Part shown: one piece after another, positions 1 to 10,949 of the stretch
How the letters are laid out: every line of letters begins with the position of its first letter
Position numbering within the stretch: the first letter of the stretch is position 1
NCBI RefSeq assembly: GCF_001194135.2
Contig: NC_068982.1
Location: 77,479,735 to 77,519,939 of the forward strand
Length of the DNA stretch: 40,205 nt
DNA from: Octopus bimaculoides
Taxonomy: Eukaryota
Reading direction: 5' to 3'
Made by a program: the position numbers and the translations under genes
The notes under the pieces: generated by a model
The model's input: only the letters and a program-made list of their open reading frames with translations
Told to the model about the DNA's origin: nothing
The model's database searches: none

Positions 1-385
1 ACACATTTCTCTCCTACGACATCACTATTTTCTCTCCTACACTGTCTTGCAACACGAAATACCTCGAGTCTTTGGTCCTCACGGCGCAGAACATTGGCAA
101 ATCTTTTCTTATCTGCTTCCCCTCTGGCTAAATAAACCTGTCGCCTAGCCTCCCTTCTGGCACATTGGTACAATTCCCTGCTACCCGTTCTTCCAGTCCT
201 TCCAAGCCTGTTTCTTTTGTCTAATAGCCCTGTCTACCTCCTTGTTCCACCACCGCGTTACTCTGGGTCGAGAGGGGACCTTACACCAGCCACAGATCTG
301 GTCGGTGGCTTTCAACAGGTTGTCCTGCAGAAATCTCCAATTGTCTTCCACGTTGTATGATGCTATATCCCCTTCTATTTCGTCA
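1..385 (-). mobile_element. RTE-clade LINE fragment (region between endonuclease and RT)
   Basis: Reverse complement aligns by eye with 36470-36830 of the large RTE copy (cagatctgtggctggtg, gaagcagataagaaaa, gaggaccaaagact). Confidence 0.85.
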
Positions 386-389
386 ATGT

Positions 390-568
390 AAATGAATGAA
401 CATTACGTTTGACAGAGTAATGTGAATGCTAAACGGTTAAGCTGATGTTTGGAGCATAAATTAACATGAAGATTTGATGGCAAGTATTAATTTAAATCAT
501 TTTAAAATAGGAAGTTTGTGTCATTGAACCAGTAGTGATCCCAGGTGGGTTGGTATCAAAAGGGTCAA
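390..568. mobile_element. Ends of TTAA/piggyBac-like MITEs, probably nested
   Basis: tttgacagagtaatgtgaatgctaaacggttaa (to 440) matches the right end of the 6636-6850 MITE; a second end ggtatcaaaagggtcaa occurs at about 552-568. Confidence 0.5.
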
Positions 569-1019
569 ACTTATTCTATCCCTTCCTTTATTCTCTCTAC
601 TTTCGCTACATCTACCTCAAGTTCTGGGTTTCAGAAACAATCAGTGAGTTCAGGGATTTCATTTTCTGGAGGTCCTCCTGTTAAATACTTTATCACATCT
701 GTCACATCTTAAGATATGTTTCTTCTTCAGCCTGCCTGAAATCCCACTGTCTTGTTTTCACTCATTGAGTTCTTTCCAACAACCTTTCTACTATTGAGTA
801 TGCTCTCTTCATAGTTGTTCTCCTATAAGTTTGCATTATAGTTTGTTTTTTACCAAGTTGACTTTTAAGCCTTGAACTTCGTTGAACAGCAGCTCCTAAA
901 CTGGCAAGTATCAGCCCCTACTTCACCCTTCCCCCAAAATATTTGTAAAGTTTTAAGGGTCTCATTTTGCTCTTTAAAGAGACACAAAATAGAATTTGCA
1001 TAAAATTTTTTTTTTATCT

Positions 1020-1115
1020 TGGTGGTGGACCTCATCACTATCATCACAACCACCACCATCATCGTCACTACCACCACATCATCCTCATCACCAATAGCAT
1101 TTCTATCACTATCAT
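1020..1115. repeat. Degenerate (CAY)n trinucleotide repeat
   Basis: catcac/caccac/catcat runs; source of the His-, Thr- and Val-rich pseudo-ORFs. Confidence 0.8.
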
Positions 1116-1362
1116 CGTCCTCATTGTTTTGCGTCAACTTTTCCATACTTGCATGGGTTAGATGGAATTTGTTGAAGCATTTTTCTACAGTCAGATGCTT
1201 TTCGTGTCACCAACCCTCACCTGTTTTCAAGCAAAGTAATATTTCCCCATAGTTTGACATGTTTTCAATGGAAAACAGGGAAATAAACATCCTTGCTAGT
1301 GTCATGATGCTCATTTACAACAATATGATGTCTAAACAAGGGTATACACACACACACACACA

Positions 1363-2250
1363 TACGAGGCTGTACCCAATAGTAACTGGAAGCGTTCTTT
1401 GTGGGACAAGCCTGCTGTTAGAAGCAACTTGATGTGACCCTCAGGCATCAGTCTGCCAACTGGTGTTGTCTGGTGAGGTCATACTGCCACATGGTGCATC
1501 TTTGTTTTGCAGTGCTTCTCCCCTGTCTGTCAATTTTTGTGATGGCTGAAATGAAGCGTTCTTCCATGAAATTTTGTTTTCTGCTGGGGAAAATGGCGGC
1601 CGAAACAGTTGTCATGCTTCTAATAGCTTACAAAGACACTGCCAGCCATGAGCAAAACACAAGTTTATAAGGTTTTCATGCTTTAGGAACGGTCACTTGT
1701 CACTTGAGAACCAACCTCGTTCAGACCGACCATTGAACTCCTGAATGAATGGAAATATCATGAAAATTCATGAACTGATCTTGGAGGACCATCACTAAAC
1801 GGTTGACGAACTTGTTGATAGGACTGGTGTGTCCTGGAGCTCCTGTCAACGAATTTTGAGTGAGGAATTGCAAAAATGAAGAGAGTTGCTGCAAAATTTG
1901 TGCCTCGCTTGCTCACAGAAGATCAGAAGTAGTCACGACTGAATGCATGCTGTGAACTGAAAGAACAGTTGGAGGTTGATCTGGACCTTTTTTTTTAAGG
2001 TCTTCACTGGTGACAAAAGCTGGTTGCTATGGAATTTGCAAATTTGGAAGAGGTGATGAAAAAAACAACAGAGGTGTTAAAAAGCATTGCTTTACAAGAG
2101 TTTCAGCACTGCTTCCAACAGTGGAAAACATGTCTGGACTGAAGCATTGTTTCAGAGAGAATATTTTGAAAGCGATAAAAGTGTAAACATGTAAAACTGT
2201 GAATACAATAATATTGCAAAATTCTGGTTTCTTTTGAGTGACCCCTTGTA
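1363..2250 (+). mobile_element. Mariner, internally deleted and non-autonomous
   Basis: TA-flanked TIRs (tacgaggctgtacccaatagtaactgg ... ttctggtttcttttgagtgaccccttgta). Same family as 10950-12930 but lacks about 400 bp between the first-D motif and the C-terminus. Confidence 0.9.
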
Positions 2251-2255
2251 TATGG

Positions 2256-2392
2256 TGGGCTTATTTTAGTTTTCATCCACCAAATTCACTCACAAGAAGA
2301 AAACACTTACCTAAAAGTGCCACACAACATGACTGAACCCAAGTCCATATGGTTGGGAAGCAAGCAGCTTAACCACACAGCCATACCTGTGC
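2256..2392 (-). mobile_element. tRNA-derived SINE, 5' part
   Basis: gactgaaccc...atggttgggaagcaag...ttaaccacacagccatacc shared with copies at 4275, 24715 and 27745. Confidence 0.7.
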
Positions 2393-2680
2393 CTGTTGTG
2401 GCTAAGCAGTTTGCATTGCAAACGTGCTTTTAAGTTCAGTCCCACTGTGAGACACCTTGGTACAATGCTTACTTCTCTATTGTAACTCCATTCACTATGC
2501 AGCTTAGTCTTGCAGGCTTGCTGGTGCTAAGAAAAAAAGCACCCAGAATACCTTGTAAAGTGGCTGGCTTTAGAAACCACACTGAAACAAACATTGGAGC
2601 AAGATGCAATCATTGAACTTGATCCTGTTAAACTGTCCAACCTATGCCCACATGGACCATGGATGTTAAATGATAATCTA
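2393..2680 (+). mobile_element. tRNA-head SINE with RTE-like 3' tail
   Basis: Head gttcagtcccactg..accttgg, tail ctgtccaacctatgcc...gttaaatgataat resembling the RTE 3' end. Confidence 0.7.
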
Positions 2681-2769
2681 TACACACACACAGAATGAGT
2701 TTCCACAGTTTCCATCTACCAAATTCTCTCACAAGGCCTGGAAATGAGATGCTACTTCAACATTAAAAT

Positions 2770-3125
2770 CATTTCCCACTTAAGCAACATCATGTATAAG
2801 CAGCTTTGCAAAACCACTCTGCATCATATTGGCTCCCTTGAAGATCTCACAACAAAGAAGAAAAAGGAAGCAGAGATGACAAGATTGTATGGCTATATAC
2901 CAAGATCTCATGACCTTGCAAAAGCCGTTTTTCAAGGAACTGTAAAAGGAGAAAGAAATAAAGGTGGACAGAGGAAATGATGGATGGACAACATCAAAGA
3001 ACAGACAGACGAATTGTAAGTGGAATCCCAAACTGTGGCACATTGTCTTGACATGAAGAAAACCAGTGTACAGTGTGTCACGACACCCTTACAACTACAT
3101 TGTTAGTTCAGGACCTAAGACATGA
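2770..3125 (+). mobile_element. RTE-like LINE, C-terminal fragment
   Basis: Translation LYGYIPRSHDLAKAVFQGTVKGERNKGGQRK.WMDNIKE resembles the typical RTE ORF end WYGHI.R..LAKTILQGTV.G.R.RGRQRKRW.DNIKE. Confidence 0.75.
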
Positions 3126-3427
3126 CATGTTTATGAATAATTTTAGGATAACTGTTGTCATTGAATATTACATCAACTACTGGTAATGTAGTCTGTCAAA
3201 AGTAAGGCTGACACAGTCTTGTGAAAAATTTAAGAACAGTCAGTAAATGTGACAGCATTTACACACACATACTGCTGAACAAGATATAAATGAAGAGGCA
3301 TGCCAACAGGAAGTCTACAAAAGATTTTTTTAACTTGGTGTATNNNNNNNNNNNNNNNNNNNNNNNNNNNNNNNNNNNNNNNNNNNNNNNNNNNNNNNNN
3401 NNNNNNNNNNNNNNNNNNNNNNNNNNN

Positions 3428-3464
<37 letters not shown>

Positions 3465-3555
3465 TAGATTTGTTTCGACCAAAGATTGGTCCAGGCCATG
3501 TCTAACTTAATACATATATATATATATATATATATATCTGTGTGTGTGTGTATAC

Positions 3556-3827
3556 ACAAATGCTTTGTGAGTAGATTTGGTTGATGGAAACTGAAAGAAG
3601 CTCATCATATATGTGTATGTGTCTTTGTGCCTGTTTTTGTCCCCCCACATCACTGCTTGACAACAAGTGTTGGTGTGTTTACATCCCCATAACTTAGCAG
3701 TTCAGAGACCAATAGAATAAGTACAAGGCTTAAAAAAAACTCCTGAGGTCAATTTGTTTGACTAAAATCCTTCAAAGTGGTGCTCCAGCATGGCCATAGT
3801 CAAATGACTGAAACAAGTAAAAGAATA
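3556..3827 (+). mobile_element. SINE body and 3' end
   Basis: gatttggttgatggaaactgaaagaagc ... ggtgctccagcatggccatagtcaaatgactgaaacaagtaaaagaata; reverse complement of the 33183-33455 type. Confidence 0.85.
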
Positions 3828-4274
3828 TTATATATGTATAGTTTGTTTACTTAATGTCTGTTTTCCCAAGCTAGTATGGGTTAGGTGAGATTTATTTGAG
3901 GCAGAATGGCAGAATTTATGGTTGGAAGGCCTTCCTACTGCCAAGCACATTACAACATGCACAGGATGTACTTTATCCTACCACTGGTACAGGAGTGGCT
4001 GTTTTCCTGGACTCAAGTCTCTCCTCTACTCTGTATTGGTGTTTTTTCCCAGATTTACAACATGATGGTTTTTACTGTCACAAGCAGTAACTGATTTTCA
4101 TATAAAAGGCTTTATTTTTTTTTCTACAGGTCTTTGAAGACATACAACGATCAATCATAATGTCAACATGGAATGTAAACATCACATTATTGTTTCACTT
4201 GGGTAGTGACAACCAAAACTGTTGAATGTCAGCTTTCATGAACATTCATGCAAGCGCACACACACAAATATGTA

Positions 4275-4435
4275 CATATTTGATGGGCTTCCTATAGCTT
4301 ACCAAATTCACTTACAGGGCATTAGTTGGTTTGGGGTTATAGTAGAAGACAGTTGCTTGGTGTCACTCAATGGGACTGAACTCTAAACCATGTGGTTGTA
4401 AAGTGATCTTAACCACACAGTGATACCTGTGTCTG
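4275..4435 (-). mobile_element. tRNA-derived SINE, 5' part
   Basis: tatagtagaagac...gggactgaac...ccatgtggttg...ttaaccacacag. Confidence 0.7.
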
Positions 4436-4859
4436 TGCACGCACTGAAAGAACACCAGTACAGAATAGTGGGAAGACTTGAGTCCAGACTTTAGCCATAG
4501 CAAACAGCCTCTCTTGGATCAACCTATATATGTTATATAGTAGAAACGGAAGGGTATCGAGCTGTAAAACCCATCCACTTATGTCAGCAGGATTAACACT
4601 GTTAGAACTATACACAACAGTGGGACAGCCAAGTATGACCACCCCTCCTCACTGACTATACTGAAGTGGTAAGATGACCTGTTTTTTTGTTTCAGGAACA
4701 GATAGACATTAAGCGGTACTATACTGACATCAGTGGAAAATCTCTTTTTTTCAGTTGTAGGATTTAGGTTAGTGTGTTGACAGAATAATTCAACTCAGTT
4801 GTGTCGTGATAACTGTTCTGTCTTTATAATGATAGTGAGGAGTAGCAGATGAGCAGAGC

Positions 4860-5200
4860 ACAATTTCTATAAGGTCCTCTTGAAGATAATATCAACCCTG
4901 TTATTACAACTGGTGACTCTAGTGGACAAACATAAAGATGGTAATTTTGATGATGATGGAAGGTAGGATCATGGTACAAAGAATGGAGATGGATTAATGT
5001 TCTTAGAATTCTCATGACACATTTGACTTAACCATTTGCAATACAAATTTCAGGAAGCCAATTGTCTATCACCAAAATAAACATGTGAGCCAGGAAGGTG
5101 TCATATTCACAAGAAATGTGACAATCAACCAGAGGTTGTGAATACTCCTTCCCCAGTAAAGAATGTTCAGTTACCATCAAGTGATAGTTAATGACTGTAG
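4860..5200 (+). mobile_element. Decayed RTE endonuclease fragment
   Basis: gacttaaccatttgcaatacaaatttcaggaagcc matches 36155-36190 (gatcttatgatctgtaatactaacttcaggaaacc). Confidence 0.55.
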
Positions 5201-5327
5201 GATATAAGCTTGGTGAACTTGGATAAAGAAGATAAACTGGGATAAGAAGGTTTCTAAACTGAAATATCTGTCTACCTAAAAGCAATGTTCAAACAATGTA
5301 TATGATGAGAGAGGGAAGAAGTAGAGA

Positions 5328-5610
5328 ATCATCATCATCATTAACATCATTTTTCTTATGTTGGTATGGGTTGGACAGTTTGACATGAATTCATGAGCCA
5401 GAGGGCTGCATTGAGCTCCACTGCCTGCTTTGACATACTTTTTATGGCTGGATGCTCTAGTCAGTTTACAGAGTGTACTGAGTGCATTTTTCATGGCACT
5501 AACACTGGTGGGGTGGGGGTTATCAAATATTTGCAAGATAAGATCCCTTGATTGAGTGGGAGTATAATACTGAGGGAGGTGAAAGTATGATAGAGAGACA
5601 AGAGCAGATG
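5328..5610 (-). mobile_element. SINE or short retroposon with RTE-like tail
   Basis: (cat)n tail then tatgggttggacagtttgaca...ggctggatgc...tttacagagtgtactg; related to 25490-25690. Confidence 0.7.
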
Positions 5611-5659
5611 TATTGCTGAAGAGGTAAATACATAGTTTTATGATATTATAATTATTGTC

Positions 5660-6568
5660 TGCTGAGTATTTTTACATAACTAACAGTTGTAAGCCATAGA
5701 CTGGATCTATGGGTGGAATAAAGTGTCAGTCAAGCAGAGAGTGGCCTTGATAGCCTTTTGTAACTGATTCAGCAAGTTGGCATGGTGATCTTCACTGATA
5801 GTGTGACCCTTTTGAAGCAATGCCTTCTGCATTCCAAAAAACTGAGGTTATTACCTTCTCTGTAGATGAAACAACCTTGGTTTTCTTTAGAGCAAGTCAG
5901 GAGGGGTGTTCTCACAACATGGATTGTCTCTTTGTCTCTGGCTCTCTTGGGTTAGGAAATCAGCTAAATCTGCCTGAAACACCATCAGATTTTCCTGTGA
6001 TGTGATCAGCCTGGTTTGCTTTTGATCAGATGTCAGAAGACGTGGAACCCACTGAACAGAAACCTTTGTCATACCAAGTTCATCGTACAAAATATTCGCA
6101 ATTCTCTTATGGGATATGCTAATAGCATAGGCTATTTGATTTATAGTCAATCGCCTCTCATCTATCACCATGTGGTGAACATGATCAAATGTTTTCCTAG
6201 GTGGTGACCTTGAGTTGTCTTCAATACTCTCTTTTTCCCTCCTAAATTCAGCTGTCCATTTCTGCATTGTTAATAAAGCTGGAGTGTCATCCTCTAATGT
6301 AAGAACCATGTGAGCATGAATGTCCTTGGAGGTTAAACATGTTTTTTTTGTCAATACTTGATAACACTATGATGCCAAATTTTGCTAATTTTCAAGAGAA
6401 GTTGCTCCTAGCTACATTTGAAGTCTTTGAACAGTCAGATGTCAATTTACTTGGAAAGAAACAATGTAGTTTTTAATAAGAAAGGTTGAAATTAATACAT
6501 GCAATATTTCATAGCTCTAGCATCACTCTTTCATAGCCTGCTTATGAACTTTTCAGCCCACCTTTGTA
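5660..6568 (-). mobile_element. Mariner, 3'-truncated and decayed
   Basis: 5' TIR tacaaaggtgggctgaaaagttcataag at 6568. ORF 5887-6354 carries HTH and WVPRLLT motifs; downstream SVFWNAEG remnant. Confidence 0.85.
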
Positions 6569-6635
6569 AATGGAAGATGGGTAGTTTGCATTTTGAGTTG
6601 TTTTTGACTCTTATCATTGGAAAAAAAGAAAAGAT

Positions 6636-6850
6636 TTAATCCTTAAGTATTCAAACCAGCCGTATCTGGCCCAAATATTCTGTCTGTTTTTTATTCAAAC
6701 TGGTCAGATCCAGCTTCTCACACCTATGCTACATTGTCATTCTAAAAATAAACAATCATATTGAAATCTCAAAGCTATGAGATTAATTCAAAATAATGTG
6801 AATAAATAAGCATTATATTTGACAGAATAATCTGAATGATAAAGGATTAA
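6636..6850. mobile_element. TTAA-bounded piggyBac-like MITE
   Basis: ttaatccttaagtattcaaa ... tctgaatgataaaggattaa: imperfect TIRs with TTAA at both ends, no ORF. Confidence 0.7.
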
Positions 6851-7369
6851 AAGAGAGCTTGCTAGATGATAGACTAGAAGAATATATGATATGGCTGTTA
6901 TTGTATGGTCACTGTTGTTGTACCACATAACTTTACTTGTATCAATGTTTGAAGTTAACTCTCAGCAGTAATTTATTTAGACTATGTTACTGTGCATCAG
7001 ACAGGGTAATCATCCTTTTTATGCTTACACAAATATTTCTCAATTATAAACTTGCTAACATATATCCTACCAATTCTAAGATAGGAACTCTTATCTGGAA
7101 AAATACAATACATTTCTTTGTGTATTACAAGAGCGTACTCCATTGGAATTTTAAAGTACATCTTTTAACTTTATAATGTTTATCTTTTTTCTATAATGTG
7201 TAGTTTATTAAACAATACCCTAATGAACCTGCTTAAGTAGCTTTAATATATTAAAATTATTGATAGTATGGTAAATTATCTGTTATTGCTCTCTCTATCA
7301 CACTTTCTGATTTGTTTAATGAGACCATAAAACCATAAGACTTATTTTTATAAGTCATGGCAGAGACAA

Positions 7370-8445
7370 AAACACCAGAACAACTTATCATCCAATGCCA
7401 AGGAGTTACCTTTGAACTAGTTACCAAGTTCAAATAACAGTGCTATCATAGATGAGTCAGGAGACAGAGGCCAGGAAATAAGAGCATGGCTTGGGGCAGC
7501 AAGATCAGCCTCAAAAATCACTTAATACAATCTGGAAAGACAACTTTTAACATGAACATCAAATTAAAAATCCTGAAGATACTAGTTTGATCTGTTGTAC
7601 TGGATGTGAAAGCTTGAGCCTAGGAGCAAATGACCCAACCAAGCTCAAAGCATTTGAAACAACATGTTACTGAAGAGTACTGAGGATCAGCTGGGCTGAC
7701 CATTGAATGAGTCTGTACTTGAGGAAATAGGAACAGGAAGAGAAAGCTGCAGTACTTTGGGGCTCAGAACCTCAGCACACATATTCTAGAGGAAAGAGCC
7801 AATGGAAAACAAAGAAAGAGGAAACTGAGAAGATGCTGGCCAGACCACATCAAAGAATGGTCTGGAAGACCTCTAGCTGAATGCACAACCATGGCCAGAA
7901 GCAGGAATTAATGGTGTAGTGACGTCATTTGGCGCCAAAATACAGTCGCCATTGCTGCGTTTTCATCCACGCATGCGCAGGGACTAGTTCCGGAAGGAAC
8001 ACAGGAAGAGTCCCATGCGCATGCGTAGTTCGACTCTCTCAACATTTTCCCGCGTTTTATCTTCCTCTTGCGTCAACAACTTCGTGGACGAAGGACGTGT
8101 TTTGTATCACTCTCTTCGAGACCCAACACACTCGTGACGAGGACAGCGGACAAGTGATGAAACGACCAACAGCCGAATAACCAATGCTGTATGAATATAC
8201 CGACAAGAACTGCCGAATATCCATGCTGTTTGAATAACTATATAAATAAATATTGTTATGTTTCTGGTTTAGAGACTGCGTTATCCGTTCTTAAATTTTT
8301 CCTTAAAGTTTGATGTGAGGAATTAGTTATTTAACCTAAAGGTTGAATAAAGAAAGATATTTCTTACAATGGAAAGAGAGCTGGTGCATGCATCTACAGT
8401 CACAGATCCTCAAGCAATGAAGGTGAGAACAGACAAGGTAAGGCA
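7370..8445 (+). mobile_element. RTE LINE 3' part, interrupted by a solo LTR
   Basis: Frameshifted remnants LELVTKFK, KLKILKILV, LKAFETTCY.RVLRISW, WPDHIKEWSG. Reading resumes after 8372 (gaaagagagctggtgcatgcatc). Confidence 0.8.
7915..8368 (+). mobile_element. Solo LTR (454 bp), probably Ty3/Gypsy
   Basis: TGTAG...TTACA termini, exact 4-bp TSD ATGG (7911-7914 and 8369-8372), AATAAA motifs near 8245 and 8346 (basis for the strand), CpG-rich relative to flanks. Confidence 0.88.
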
Positions 8446-8639
8446 TACTTTCATTTAAGTATTTCACATGTTCATATTTTACCCTACTCTTGCATATCTA
8501 GCCAAGATATGTCATAGTTAGCTACTAAATATATACATATTACATTTCAAACCAATAGATATAAAACATTATTGTTTATTGACATAATTTTTCTTTGTTA
8601 TATTATTTTCCCCTCTTTCATCAATAAACCAGTCAATAA

Positions 8640-9400
8640 TTAACTTCAGCAAATCTGAACTGACTGACCTCTTCTCAGATGTATTGATCATTAGTAATCT
8701 TTTTCCTGGAAAATAGCAAATGATAACAAATGTAGATGTGGAAAAGTCAGCATAATAAAGTATATTCTATCTAACAGCTCAGTGGCACTGGAAAGGTATA
8801 CATGGAGACATAATGAAGTTCTCAAAATCTACTCTAGCACTGCCAAGAAAATGATAGAAATGATCAATGGTAACAAGAAACCCACCAAAGAATGGCAGTG
8901 AACAGTTAATCACATTTGTTTGTCAGGTTCAAGATGATTACCCAAAACAGGGGAAAGCAGTGAAAGGCAAGAACTGGGACAGAGTTTGAGAGGTGGCAGC
9001 TAATCGTTTAGGGTGTGAATGCCTCTTTTTAACACCAAGAAGGAAGAAGCCAGACATGGCAATCTGGTGTGAGAAACATAAGATAGTACACCTTGTTGAA
9101 TTAACTGTTCCACATAAAGACAATATAGATGCAACTCAGGATAAAAAAGACAAGTGTTATGAGATGCTACTAGAAGACTGAAGATGCTGGTTGGTGTGCA
9201 GTACACTTTCCGTTAGAAGCTGGATGTAGGGGTTTTATTGGAATCAGACTAAGATGGTGACTGCTATCAGTTAACATCAATCATTGTCAAGAAAAATACC
9301 TTTTTGAAAGAAATACAGCCAATAAATGAGAGAGAGCTGGTCATTGGATACAACTGAAAATGTATGATAAAACCTGGTTGGAGAGGTGATGTGTGGGTGT
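8640..9400 (+). mobile_element. Restriction-like-endonuclease LINE C-terminus (HERO/NeSL-like)
   Basis: Zn-knuckle remnant KCRCGK..ILSN, ERYTWRHNEVLK, KPDMAIW..IVHLVELTVP.KDN and a LEAGCRGF remnant. Confidence 0.7.
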
Positions 9401-10299
9401 AAGGCAAATACCTGTTTATCTATATGACAAGTTAGACCCACATGATTCCACAATTTGAATGGTGGTGAAGATCTCAAAAATGGACTTGAAATTGAACAAT
9501 AGTCAGCTGATTCAGTAGGTGGGGGCCTCACATCAGTGAGAGGCAGCCAGTGTTCTGTGAAACCACTAAGAGTAAAGTGCCCAACATCTGCTGATGATCC
9601 CTGAAATCTACTGGGATGGATGCCATTTATGGATATGCAGAGTATTCAAATGACTGCACAAGCAAGCTGTTTCCAGTCTCAACCTGTTTCAGCCAGAGGT
9701 TGTACCCATGCTGGACACTGTTTATTTTGTTTCATTTCCACTGCCTTTTCTCTGTGTTTAGTTTTGATGAATGAGGCAGTTGAACACTGGCACCTCCATT
9801 TACATATCCTTGCTATAATCTGAATTCAGCAATTACATCAAATAAAAATTTGTTTAAATATTCTTTGAACACATCCACATCTACAGCTTGTAAATCTGCT
9901 TTTTGGTAAATTTTTGAAAATCAGTTGGCCCTTAAACCTTAAACTGTTACAGTATTGGGTCCATACTATGGCTAAAGAGGCTGGGACCTTTATAGTACTA
10001 TGCAGTGATCTTATATATTATCATTATCATATATATACCATGCTGGTATATATATATATATATATATTTTGTTGTTGTCTAGGGAGGATCATTATACCAA
10101 AATAAATTAACACACACACTGATTCAATACCACATCTTTATTTTACCAACTAACTATCTAATGGTTAATATGTCGATTGAACAATCAATTGCTTATTAGT
10201 TTTTCTCTGTTGTGGTCCTTTTGTTGCTACTCGCAACCTCATCAATGACATGCACTCTCTCTTCAAGGTCTCCTTTGTGTCTGTTTGAGAACAAGTCTT

Positions 10300-10450
10300 A
10301 TGCTTATGTGTGTGTATGTTGACGTGTGTATGTGTGCATAGATGCGTGTGTGTGTGTGTGTGGTGTAGCCTGTAGTTTTTTGAAAAGTGTATGTTTGTGT
10401 GTGTACTTGTGCATGTCTGTGTGTTTCCACGTGTGTGCATGTGCGTTGAT
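10300..10450. repeat. Degenerate (TG)n microsatellite
   Basis: tgtgtgtatg/tgtgtgcat runs. Confidence 0.8.
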
Positions 10451-10949
10451 ATGTATGGTTGTGTACTGTAATTGTTCATAATTACATGCATTTATCTTTA
10501 TGAATTTCTGTGTATCCTGCTGCCATTCTAATACTACTCTATATATACTGATTTATACTTATGTATGCCCTCCTGCCCATGGGTAGTGGCAGTGGTGCTG
10601 TGGTTCTATCATTTACTGTTGTTAGTTGCTAAAATAAAGATGTGGCACTGAACCAGTGTGTGTGTGTTTATTTTAATTTTTACTGGTGTAATGACACTCC
10701 CTACACACAAGATTTGTTTCAACACAAATTCACATCAAATATCTTACAAACCAAAATTGAAAACAAAGTGTATATGTGTGTGTGTATCAATGCATATCTT
10801 TTGCATCTTCACTCTAAGGAGTAAAGTCTCTCTAAGCTAATACTCACAGTATGGTTATGAGAGGAGGTTATCACTCAATCATATAACAGGTTAAAGAGGT
10901 TGTCTAAGAAATCTCTCTCACACCACACACTTAAATCACATCACACACT

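Noticed and set aside
2395-2460. tRNA-like A/B boxes here and at 23535 and 28030-28100
   Set aside because: They are SINE heads continuing into SINE bodies; no cloverleaf, so no tRNA gene is called.
9590-9610. CTGATGA...GAAA hammerhead-like core near the HERO-like 3' end
   Set aside because: Only 5 nt separate the boxes, so stem II cannot form, and no stems I or III are evident.
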